64,000 nt of DNA from contig CAVUGN010000002.1 in assembly GCA_963741095.1 (NCBI GenBank), positions 128,001 through 192,000 on the forward strand, read 5' to 3'. Position 1 is the first letter of the stretch; every line of letters starts with the position of its first letter. The notes beneath the pieces are model-generated. The model was not told where the DNA came from. It ran no database searches and saw nothing but the letters and a program-made list of their open reading frames with translations. Shown one piece after another: positions 44,408-52,909 of this stretch. A program made the translations under genes and the position numbers. Origin of the DNA: an uncultured Candidatus Micrarchaeota archaeon (GTDB taxonomy: Archaea; Micrarchaeota; Micrarchaeia; Micrarchaeales; Micrarchaeaceae).

Positions 44408-45670
44408 ATGATGAAAGTTATCGCGGATTTCCATACTCATTCTAGGTTCGCGATGGCGTGCAGCCAGAACATAACACTCAACGGCATGGAGGGCGCAGCA
44501 ATAGAAAAAGGGATAAATCTGATAGGCACTGGAGATTTCATCCATGGCTCATGGCTGCAGGAGATAGGTGCAAATCTCGAAGAGGACGGTGGCAACGGTC
44601 TTTTCAGGCTCAAGGGCTCGAAGACTGGCGTCAAGTTCATCCTGAGCGGCGAGATATGCACAATATTCAACGCCAAGGACAGGACACTCAAGAAGGTGCA
44701 TCACTGCGTTGCCATGCCGAGCATAGATTCGGTCAAGGCGCTGAGGGACGCGCTCTCGAAAAAGGGCATACTGGATTCGGATGGGCGGCCCATACTCTCC
44801 ATGAGCGCGGCGGAGCTTGTGGAGATCGTCTTCAGCATAGACAAGAACGCGCTGGTCTTTCCAGCGCACGCATGGACACCGTATTTCGGCGTCCTCGGCT
44901 CGATATCCGGCTTCAATTCGATCAGGGATGCCTACGAGGACCAGGAGAAGCACATCTTCGCCTTAGAGACTGGACTCAGCAGCGATCCGCCCATGAACTG
45001 GTGCGTCTCAGAGCTCGACAAGTACACGCTCCTGTCGAACAGCGACATGCACTCGCTTCCGAAGATGGGCAGAGAGGCAAACGTCTTCGAACTAGAAGAA
45101 GGTTTCGATTACAAGACGGTCATCGGCGCAATCCACGACCGCAACGGCAAAAAGTTCAAAGGAACCATAGAGTTCTATCCCGAAGAGGGGAAGTACCACT
45201 ATGACGGCCACAAGAACTGCAGCTTCTCCACCCCGCCGAACAGCGGCATAAGCGCCTGCCCGGTGTGCGGCAAGAAGCTCGTTGTCGGAGTGCTGCATCG
45301 CGTCATGGATCTCGCAGACCGGGAACTGGGCTTCAGGCCGCCAAACGCGCCCTCATTCACCTACATAGTGCCGCTCAGGGAGATACTCGCCTACGCCCTC
45401 AGGAAGAACGTCTATTCTCCGATAATCGACGAAGAATACTCGAAGTTGATAGCGCATTTCGGCACGGAGTTTAACACGCTAATCGACGCCAGCATAGACG
45501 AGATTGCGCAGCAGTCGAGCGAGGATGTGGCGCAGGCGGTGAAGAACGTGCGCGAGAACAAGATACACATAGAGCCCGGCTACGCCGGAGTCTTCGGCGA
45601 GCTGGACCTTCTCGGCAGAGACAAGAAGAACGAGAAAAAATCCGGCGGGCAGAGCATGCTAAAGCTGTAG
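44408..45670 (+). CDS. Endonuclease Q family protein
   Basis: ADFHTHSRF, GTGDF, PAHAWTP, ETGLSSD, SNSDMHS, GREAN, GKYH, CPVCG, GVLHRV, PGYAGVFG. Confidence 0.92.
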   Translation: MMKVIADFHTHSRFAMACSQNITLNGMEGAAIEKGINLIGTGDFIHGSWLQEIGANLEEDGGNGLFRLKGSKTGVKFILSGEICTIFNAKDRTLKKVHHCVAMPSIDSVKALRDALSKKGILDSDGRPILSMSAAELVEIVFSIDKNALVFPAHAWTPYFGVLGSISGFNSIRDAYEDQEKHIFALETGLSSDPPMNWCVSELDKYTLLSNSDMHSLPKMGREANVFELEEGFDYKTVIGAIHDRNGKKFKGTIEFYPEEGKYHYDGHKNCSFSTPPNSGISACPVCGKKLVVGVLHRVMDLADRELGFRPPNAPSFTYIVPLREILAYALRKNVYSPIIDEEYSKLIAHFGTEFNTLIDASIDEIAQQSSEDVAQAVKNVRENKIHIEPGYAGVFGELDLLGRDKKNEKKSGGQSMLKL

Positions 45671-45677
45671 CGCCAAG

Positions 45678-45989
45678 TCACGCCAATCTGGACGCCCTTC
45701 CGATGAACTTGTACCTCCTCATCCTGAACATGAGCCTGTCGAACTTCTTGGCTATGGCCTTGTAGTTCTTCAGCGTTATTATCGAAGTGAATGCCAGCGT
45801 GGCAAGGGCCACCTCTACGAATATGAGATAATCGCCCATCATCAGTACGAAGTTGTAGTAGCCTGGGCCACCCTCAACGATGAAGAGCGTCGCGACAGCC
45901 ACCATGACGTCGAAGGCCATCGAAGAATACGCCAACCTCTCAAGAAACTTCTCAATCCGTTTGACTCGAACTAGTTCACTGTAGTACAT
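45678..45989 (-). CDS. Hypothetical 2-TM membrane protein
   Basis: SD AGGTGA before ATG 45989; two hydrophobic helices. Confidence 0.7.
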   Translation of the reverse strand: MYYSELVRVKRIEKFLERLAYSSMAFDVMVAVATLFIVEGGPGYYNFVLMMGDYLIFVEVALATLAFTSIITLKNYKAIAKKFDRLMFRMRRYKFIGRASRLA

Positions 45990-46175
45990 CCTATTCACCT
46001 GACTGGTCGCAGAGCAACTGATGATGTGGCAATCTTTAAAAGCGTGTTCTGCACCCAGAATTAACGGAAGTTTCGCAAAGGCTCTTTCCGCGCCCAAAAG
46101 GGCAAATTAGACAAACGTCTAACCCCAAGACCATGTTTAAGTATCTGGTGCGTCGCGTATTCCTATGGTGGTGGG

Positions 46176-46769
46176 ATGGTAAAGACAGCCGAAGTAGAAA
46201 CAACGATAAACCTTGCAGGATTGCCAAGGGAGATCAACGAGGCACTGGCTAATTTCATAGCGCAGATAGAGGACAGGGAGACTCCGCTGAACAAGCCGCC
46301 TCAGCACAGGATAAATCCGATAGCCTACGGGCTGGACCTGGTCAGCGATTTCATCAACAAGACGGGGGAGGAGCGCAGCATAGACCTTCAGGAGCAGTGG
46401 GAGAGCGATTCGGCGCAGGTCAGCAGCGACATAATCCTTGCCGTGTACCTTGGCGGGAAGGAGAGGGGGAACGCGATAAACGAGCTCGACAAGAGGATAC
46501 TCCTGGCGCTCGAGCGCTACAAAACCAGGATGGACCGCAGAATCGATGGCGTGGACATGACGGCAACGCTCCGGGATCTCTGCCTGATAGGGAGGGCGAT
46601 AGCGGTGAAGGACCTGCACGTCACGTCGATGAACCCCAAGGAGTACGACACGCGGTTCGTGAGAGCGCTTGCGGAGCATTACGGTATAAAAGGCGCGAGG
46701 AAGCTGCTGGAGCCGCCGAAGGTTGCCACGTATCTACCGGTAATCTACGGCCTGGCGCCCAGCCAATAG
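46176..46769 (+). CDS. Hypothetical protein
   Basis: SD-like GGTGGTGG, genome-typical codon use, no motif recognised. Confidence 0.7.
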   Translation: MVKTAEVETTINLAGLPREINEALANFIAQIEDRETPLNKPPQHRINPIAYGLDLVSDFINKTGEERSIDLQEQWESDSAQVSSDIILAVYLGGKERGNAINELDKRILLALERYKTRMDRRIDGVDMTATLRDLCLIGRAIAVKDLHVTSMNPKEYDTRFVRALAEHYGIKGARKLLEPPKVATYLPVIYGLAPSQ

Positions 46770-46855
46770 CAACGCATTTATACTTAATCCCCTCTAAGAT
46801 AACTACACTAGGCATTAGAGGTAACTGCTACTGCTAACTGTTCATTCGTGTTTTC

Positions 46856-47278
46856 ATGGATGCAAAAACTCAAGCTGACAAATTGGTCGCAGTCGTAAGG
46901 ATAAGGGGCCGGGTCAACGTGAGGTCCGACATAACCGAGACCCTGGAGAGGCTGAATCTGAAGTATGTAAACAACTGCGTACTTCTTACACTGACAAATT
47001 CATACAAGGGAATGCTCAACAAGTGCATAAACCACGTCGCGTACGGCGAGATAGACGAGCCTACGTTGGAGAAGCTTCTGGCGAAGAAAGCCGAGGGCCT
47101 GACCGCCAAGGAACTGTTGGCTGGCAAGTACGATCCGGCAAAGCTCAAGGAGCAGATGCCGCTCTGCCTGCACCCTCCGCGCCACGGCTACAAGAGCACC
47201 AAGTTGAGCTTCAAGCAGGGAGGCAGCCTGGGGTACCAGGGCGCAGACATAAACAAGCTGATATCAAGAATGGTGTGA
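46856..47278 (+). CDS. rpl30: 50S ribosomal protein uL30
   Basis: AVVRIRG, TLERLNL...NNCV, AYGEID, LHPPRHG, GGSLGY.G..INKLISRM. Confidence 0.95.
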   Translation: MDAKTQADKLVAVVRIRGRVNVRSDITETLERLNLKYVNNCVLLTLTNSYKGMLNKCINHVAYGEIDEPTLEKLLAKKAEGLTAKELLAGKYDPAKLKEQMPLCLHPPRHGYKSTKLSFKQGGSLGYQGADINKLISRMV

Positions 47279-47280
47279 TC

Positions 47281-47679
47281 ATGGTTGTAAGGCACGACAA
47301 GAAGAACAGGAAGTACTTCGGCACCCGAAGATGGGGAGTCGGCAACATAAAGAACGCAAGAGGCAAGGGCTGCCGCGGAGGTGTCGGCAACGGGGGCAAG
47401 AAGCACAAGTGGACGCGCGTGACCGCGAAGTTCCCCGAGCTGATGAAGCACAAGGGCTTCACGCCGTGGGACCAGACCAAGCTCAAGGAGATAACGCTTA
47501 ACGAGATAGACAAGATGGCAAGGGCTTCAAAGGATGAGAAGTTCGCGGTGGAGCTGGACGACTACAAGGTTCTCAGCAACGGCACCATAAGCAAGCCGGT
47601 CGTTGTCAAGGCGAGCGGTTTCTCGAAGCAGGCCGCGGAGAAGATAAAGACCGCGGGCGGAGAAGCCATCGTCATATGA
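47281..47679 (+). CDS. rpl15: 50S ribosomal protein uL15
   Basis: RKYFGTRRWG.G, RGKG.RGGVGNGG..HK, KVL..G, FSK.AAEKI..AGG. Confidence 0.94.
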   Translation: MVVRHDKKNRKYFGTRRWGVGNIKNARGKGCRGGVGNGGKKHKWTRVTAKFPELMKHKGFTPWDQTKLKEITLNEIDKMARASKDEKFAVELDDYKVLSNGTISKPVVVKASGFSKQAAEKIKTAGGEAIVI

Positions 47680-47691
47680 AGGTAATAAATC

Positions 47692-48858
47692 ATGTCTGAG
47701 TCCCTTTGCATAACTTTTTATACTGATTCTTATCTCCCGGCTGTCGACGGGGTCGTGACCTCGCTGCTCAATTTCAGGCAGGAGCTGCTGCGGAGGGGCC
47801 ATGAGGTTTACGTCTTCGCGAGCGGCGATGCCGACACGCAGAGGATAGCAAAAACCCAGAAGAACGTCTTTGCGATAAAGGGCATGAAGTTCAAGGAGTA
47901 CCCCCAGTACAACATAGCTCTCTTTCCCTTCCTTTCATCGCTCAAGCTGATGAACGTCAAGGTTGACCTGATACACGCGCACACGCCGTTCAGCATGGGC
48001 TTCTACGGTATGCTCCAATCCAAGATAAACAAGACGCCGATGGCCGGATCGTTCCCGACCCTGTTCACCGACAAAGTCATACTCAACGAGTACATAACGG
48101 ACGATCGCATCAGGAAGTTCGCCGAGAGGTATTCGTGGCCGTACATAAAGTTCTTCTACAACAAGTGCGACGGCGTCCTCGCGCCGAGCACCGCTATAAA
48201 ATCGATGCTGGAGCGCAAGAAGATACAGAACGTCTACACGGTGCCGAACAGCGTGGACCTGAAGAGGTTCAGCCCGAAGGTCGACGGGGAGAAGGTGAGA
48301 AAGAGCCTGCTGGGTGACCGAAAAGGGAAGATCGTGATGTACGTGGGCAGGCTGAGCAAGGAGAAGCACGTCGAGACGCTCATAAAGGCAGCAAGGATGA
48401 TGAAGGATGAGAAAGTCACGTTCATAATAGGGGGCACGGGCCCGGCAGCGGCGCATTACCATGAGATGGTCAAGAGCATGCACCTGGGCGATCGTGTCAA
48501 GTTCACCGGATTCATCGACGACAAGATGCTGCCGCAGTACTATGCGGCATGCGACGCGTTCTGCATACCGTCGACCTTCGAGACCCAGGGAATAGTGTCC
48601 TTGGAGGCGATGGCGTCCGGAAAGCCGGTCATCGGAGCGGACTATCTGGCGCTGCACGAGCTCATAAAAAACGGCTACAATGGTGAAAAATTCGCCCCGA
48701 ACAGCGTTTCCAATTGTGCAAGAAAGATAGAAAAGGTTTTATATAATACGGATTCATATAAAGGAACGGTCGAAACGGCAAAAAGGTATTCGATTGAAAA
48801 AACGACCGATGAGCTGCTGCGTTCATACAAGGCGATCATCGAGGGTGCAGTTTTCTAA
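47692..48858 (+). CDS. Glycosyltransferase family 4 (GT-B)
   Basis: TDSYLPAVDGV, HAHTPF, YVGRLSKEK, PSTFETQGIVSLEAMASGKPV. Confidence 0.93.
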   Translation: MSESLCITFYTDSYLPAVDGVVTSLLNFRQELLRRGHEVYVFASGDADTQRIAKTQKNVFAIKGMKFKEYPQYNIALFPFLSSLKLMNVKVDLIHAHTPFSMGFYGMLQSKINKTPMAGSFPTLFTDKVILNEYITDDRIRKFAERYSWPYIKFFYNKCDGVLAPSTAIKSMLERKKIQNVYTVPNSVDLKRFSPKVDGEKVRKSLLGDRKGKIVMYVGRLSKEKHVETLIKAARMMKDEKVTFIIGGTGPAAAHYHEMVKSMHLGDRVKFTGFIDDKMLPQYYAACDAFCIPSTFETQGIVSLEAMASGKPVIGADYLALHELIKNGYNGEKFAPNSVSNCARKIEKVLYNTDSYKGTVETAKRYSIEKTTDELLRSYKAIIEGAVF

Positions 48859-48934
48859 AAATGCCACCGTCAAAACAATGCTATTCTAAGGGGATTTACT
48901 GGATAATGCAACGGAAAAGGTAAAGATTGTCGAA

Positions 48935-49678
48935 GTGCAGGCTCAGACGGCAGAACCGGCTCCGGCACCGGTCGCGGCGCCGGCGGTCAAGGCTACTGCT
49001 ACAACAACCACGGAGAGCGCGAGCGCCACGGGGAAGATATCGCTGGGAAAGCTCGTGGAGGAGTCAAAGAACCCCGAAGCGGAGCGGATAAAGAAGGAGA
49101 TCGATTCGATAAGGGACCAGAGGTCAAAGCTCATCGGAAGGCTTAACGAATTCAGGAGGCGGCTGGCCTACAAGGAGAAGGAGGCCATAGCCGTCGACAA
49201 GATGCTCAAGATAGAGAGCGGCAAGGAGAGGCCAAAGGGCGGCAGGATCGGATACCTGAAAAGGATGAAGAGCCAGCTGGAGTTCAAGATCTCCACAGAG
49301 GCATCATCGCTGTCGGACGAGCGCGCTCTGGTAAGGAAGATAGACGAGATAGGCAAGCAGCTCGACGATGCCCTTGCGCTCGTAAGGCTGGAGAGGAAGC
49401 GCGAGCTCGTGAAGGGCGACATAGAGACCTTCAGGAAGGGCATAATGGATCTGGACAAGGAGATAGTGGGCATGGACGTCAAACTCGATGCGGTCTACAG
49501 CGAACTTAGGAAGGTGCTAGGCATAGGCGGCTACAAGCACGGCCCGGCTCCAGGAGCCGATGGCAAGATGCAGCACAAGAAGAGGGCGCCTGCAGCGCAG
49601 ATCAAGGAGATAAACCTGGAGGACATAGCCGTGATAAAGAGGAAGGGCGCAAAGCACGTTGCAGCAGAAGGTGCATGA
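48935..49678 (+). CDS. Archaeal coiled-coil protein (COG1340-like)
   Basis: Heptad repeats, LEFKISTE..SL.DER.LVRKI; the frame is open upstream to CTG 48899. Confidence 0.7.
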   Translation: MQAQTAEPAPAPVAAPAVKATATTTTESASATGKISLGKLVEESKNPEAERIKKEIDSIRDQRSKLIGRLNEFRRRLAYKEKEAIAVDKMLKIESGKERPKGGRIGYLKRMKSQLEFKISTEASSLSDERALVRKIDEIGKQLDDALALVRLERKRELVKGDIETFRKGIMDLDKEIVGMDVKLDAVYSELRKVLGIGGYKHGPAPGADGKMQHKKRAPAAQIKEINLEDIAVIKRKGAKHVAAEGA

Positions 49679-49679
49679 T

Positions 49680-50990
49680 TTGAAGGTTTCATTTTTTGGC
49701 GCTGCCGAAGAGGTCGGCAGGAGCTGCATATTCCTACAGAGCGACAATGCCAACATACTGCTTGACGCCGGGATAAAGCTGGGCAAGCAGATCGAGTATC
49801 CCAACATACCTCCGAGCCTTATCAAGGATCTGGACGCCGTGATACTGTCGCACACCCACCTCGACCACAGCGGCTATCTGCCCCATCTTTTCGCCATGGG
49901 CTACACCGGGAAGGTCTACGCGACAAAGCCAACCATAGAATTGACGAACGTCATGCTGAGCGACTACATAAGCATCTCCGAGCCAAAGGACGTCACCAAC
50001 AAGACCATGGACCTGCTTCACAAGAGCTACGAGATAGCCGAGTTCAGGGAGCCATTCAAGCTCAGGGACCTGGATGTAGAGTTCTTCCAGTCGGGCCACA
50101 TACTCGGGAGCTCCATGGTGCGCATAAGCGACGGAAGGAAGTCGCTGTTCTACACCGGCGACCTGCAGCTCGCCAAGACAAGGCTTCTTGGCGGCGCGGA
50201 CCTCAGGAACGTAAGTGCCGACACGCTGCTGATGGAGTGCACCTATGGCTCGAAGAAGGACGTCTTCCCGCCGGAGAGCGTCACAGTGAAGAAGATGCTG
50301 AGCAGCATAAGCGAGACGATAAAGACCGGCGGCAAGGTGATGATACCCTCGTTCGCGGTGGGCAACGCTGAGCAGGTGCTGCTGATGCTCGACGATTACA
50401 TGAATTCAGGAGTGATCCCGAAGGTGCCAATATACGTCGACGGCATGATAAACAAGGCGATGCGCATACACCGTCACAACGTCATCTACGCCAGGAAGGA
50501 ATTGCAGATGAGGATACTAATGAGCGATTACGATCCGTTCAGGAGCCCCAATTTCATGCCCATCGAGAACAAGGGAGCGAGGGGCGACGTCGTCAAGAAA
50601 GAAGAAGGTTGCATAATAGTCACGACGAGCGGAATGATAGTCGGAGGCCCCATACTTTTCTACTTATCAAAGCTCGCGGGAAACCCGCGGAACAAGCTGC
50701 TCCAGATCGGCTACCAGGCCGCGGGCACGACCGGCAGGGAGCTGCAGAACGGCGCAAAGGAGATAACCATAGACCGGCGCAAGGTGAAGGTCAACCTCGC
50801 CATAGAGAACTACCACCTCTCGGCGCACGGAGACAGGCCGCAGCTTGACCTGCTGCTGAAGCGCATCCACGGCCTGAAAAGGGTGTTCCTTATACACGGC
50901 GAGGCCGAAAAGCTCGCCGAGTTCAAGGGCGACATCTCCAACAGGTTCGATGTGGTCATACCAAGGCAGGGAGAACGGTACGAAGTCTAA
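49680..50990 (+). CDS. MBL-fold beta-CASP ribonuclease (aCPSF-like, no KH domains)
   Basis: GAAEEVGRSC, LLDAG, SHTHLDH, GHILG, YTGD, ECTYG, TSGM, SAHGD, IHGE; TTG start. Confidence 0.93.
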   Translation: MKVSFFGAAEEVGRSCIFLQSDNANILLDAGIKLGKQIEYPNIPPSLIKDLDAVILSHTHLDHSGYLPHLFAMGYTGKVYATKPTIELTNVMLSDYISISEPKDVTNKTMDLLHKSYEIAEFREPFKLRDLDVEFFQSGHILGSSMVRISDGRKSLFYTGDLQLAKTRLLGGADLRNVSADTLLMECTYGSKKDVFPPESVTVKKMLSSISETIKTGGKVMIPSFAVGNAEQVLLMLDDYMNSGVIPKVPIYVDGMINKAMRIHRHNVIYARKELQMRILMSDYDPFRSPNFMPIENKGARGDVVKKEEGCIIVTTSGMIVGGPILFYLSKLAGNPRNKLLQIGYQAAGTTGRELQNGAKEITIDRRKVKVNLAIENYHLSAHGDRPQLDLLLKRIHGLKRVFLIHGEAEKLAEFKGDISNRFDVVIPRQGERYEV

Positions 50991-51007
50991 AGCCGCAGAG
51001 TAATCTG

Positions 51008-52267
51008 ATGCTAACATTATCGAAAGGGGGCAAGGCGAAGGGCCAGATAAAAACCAAGCCCGAGGACTTCATCGTCGAGGAGATAACAAAGAACGGCGCA
51101 GTCCTCGAGATGGGCAAGAAATATCTCCCGGAAGAGCTGGGCTTCACACCGTCACCGGAAGGCAACATATCGCTTTTCATCATGCAGAAAAAAGGGTGGA
51201 ACACCCTGCAGGCGCTGAAGGAGCTTGCGAGGAAGTTGAGGCGCGGCATAAAATCCACGGGCTTCGCCGGTACCAAGGACAGGATGTCCATATCGGTGCA
51301 GCTGTGCAGCATCTTCGGAGCCACCCCGGAAGAGCTCGCAAGCGTTCACCTGAAGGACGTCTCGATAAACGGCGCATGGAAGGCTCCAGAAAAGATGAAG
51401 CTGGGCGATCTTCTGGGCAACAGGTTCACCGTGATCGCCAGAGATGTACAAGATGCAGACAACTTCGATGCGATAACGGATGAACTCAACGGGGTGTTCC
51501 CAAATTATTTCGGCGTGCAGCGCTTCGGCATACGCGACAACAACGTCGACATAGGCGTGAGCATGATGAAGGGCGATTTCGAAGGTGCGGTGAAGAACTT
51601 CCTCACAAACACGAACAACGAGACGAACGAAGAGGCCGTCGAAGCAAGAAAGAGGCTGCAGGATGACATGGACTTCAACAAGGCCCTGCAGTACTTTCCG
51701 CAGTACCTGAAGTATGAAAGGCAGGTCATCGAGCACCTCACAAGATTCCCCGGCGAATATTCGAACGCATTGAGAAGACTGCCGAGGTCGCTTGCTTTGA
51801 TGTTCGTGCATTCGGTCGAAGCGCACATCTTCAACAGAGAACTAGAGTACCGCCTATCGAAAGGCGAGACTGAGCCCATGAGCGGCGACATGATATCCTA
51901 TCCTAACAAGTACGGCTTCTGCGACCTCTCGACGATGGAAAGATACGAAGAAAAAAGCAGAAACGAGAAGGCGTTCATAGTCGGCAGTGTGATCGGATAC
52001 GACACCAAGTACACGAGCGAATTCGGAGCCAGGATACTTGACGAATTGGGCATAAAACCAGAGTCGTTCAAGGTCAAGGGCATGAACGAGTTGAATTCGA
52101 AGGGTTCGCCAAGGGCTCTTTTCGCGCCGTGCAAAGATCTGCAGCACACCGTAAACAGCGAAGACGGATCTGCGGTTTTCAAATTCTCCCTCCAGGCGGG
52201 ATCCTACGCGACCGTATTCCTCGATGAATTCATCAGCGGCGTGCAGCAGCAGAATCAAGATGCTTAA
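51008..52267 (+). CDS. truD: tRNA pseudouridine(13) synthase TruD
   Basis: PEDFIVEE, FAGTKD, LGDLLGNRF, PNYFG.QRFG, F.L.AGSYAT. Confidence 0.95.
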   Translation: MLTLSKGGKAKGQIKTKPEDFIVEEITKNGAVLEMGKKYLPEELGFTPSPEGNISLFIMQKKGWNTLQALKELARKLRRGIKSTGFAGTKDRMSISVQLCSIFGATPEELASVHLKDVSINGAWKAPEKMKLGDLLGNRFTVIARDVQDADNFDAITDELNGVFPNYFGVQRFGIRDNNVDIGVSMMKGDFEGAVKNFLTNTNNETNEEAVEARKRLQDDMDFNKALQYFPQYLKYERQVIEHLTRFPGEYSNALRRLPRSLALMFVHSVEAHIFNRELEYRLSKGETEPMSGDMISYPNKYGFCDLSTMERYEEKSRNEKAFIVGSVIGYDTKYTSEFGARILDELGIKPESFKVKGMNELNSKGSPRALFAPCKDLQHTVNSEDGSAVFKFSLQAGSYATVFLDEFISGVQQQNQDA

Positions 52268-52275
52268 GACACGGA

Positions 52276-52725
52276 TCAAATAAAATTCGGATCAGCCAGC
52301 TTCTTCCTGAGCTTGGTGCTTTTGAACGACCTGACGTTGTCCTTTGCCTTTATCAGCGCTATCCTTGACTTCAGGCCGTTCTCATCGAGCCATTCCTTCA
52401 AGCCTTTGAAACCTATCCGCTGATCATACCCAAGCGCTATGACATTGGGCCTGTATTCCTTCAGCACCCTGTACATATCCTCGGTGTCGGAGAGCCTGTT
52501 GCCCAGCACCACCTTGTCGACCATCTTCAATGAACCGACAATCTCGAGCCTTGCCCTCTCCTCGAGCACCGCCCTCCTGTGCTTGAACTTCTCTATGCTG
52601 CTGTCTCTTGCCACAACGACTATCAAACGGTCCCCCAGCCGCTTTGCCTTCCTCAGATAGAGAAGATGGCCCGGGTGTATCAGATCAAAGCACCCGAAAG
52701 CCATCACTACCTTTGCCCTGTGCAT
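52276..52725 (-). CDS. ribL: FAD synthase (RibL, cytidylyltransferase fold)
   Basis: AFGCFDLIHPGH, VVVARD, IALGYDQ, KST. Confidence 0.88.
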   Translation of the reverse strand: MHRAKVVMAFGCFDLIHPGHLLYLRKAKRLGDRLIVVVARDSSIEKFKHRRAVLEERARLEIVGSLKMVDKVVLGNRLSDTEDMYRVLKEYRPNVIALGYDQRIGFKGLKEWLDENGLKSRIALIKAKDNVRSFKSTKLRKKLADPNFI

Positions 52726-52745
52726 CCAAATCAATCCAATCAATT

Positions 52746-52829
52746 CGCTGGGGCTGGGATTTGAACCCAGAATTCCTTGCGGAAACCAGTTTTCGGGACT
52801 GGCGCGTTACCTGATTCTGCCACCCCAGC
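52746..52829 (-). tRNA. tRNA-Ser(CGA), long variable arm, C at position 33
   Basis: GCTGGGG/CCCCAGC-G, CCAGT-CC CGA AA-ACTGG, V-arm TTCC-GCAA-GGAA, CTGGG-TTCAAAT-CCCAG. Confidence 0.92.
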
Positions 52830-52909
52830 TTGTAGGTCGATAAACCATTTATAAGCTTTAGCGATTAATATATCTTTAAGCTTTTGCGTAAGCAATCGGC
52901 GAGATAAAA

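Noticed and set aside
46017-46027. CTGATGA as a box C/D sRNA C box
   Set aside because: No properly spaced downstream CTGA D box.
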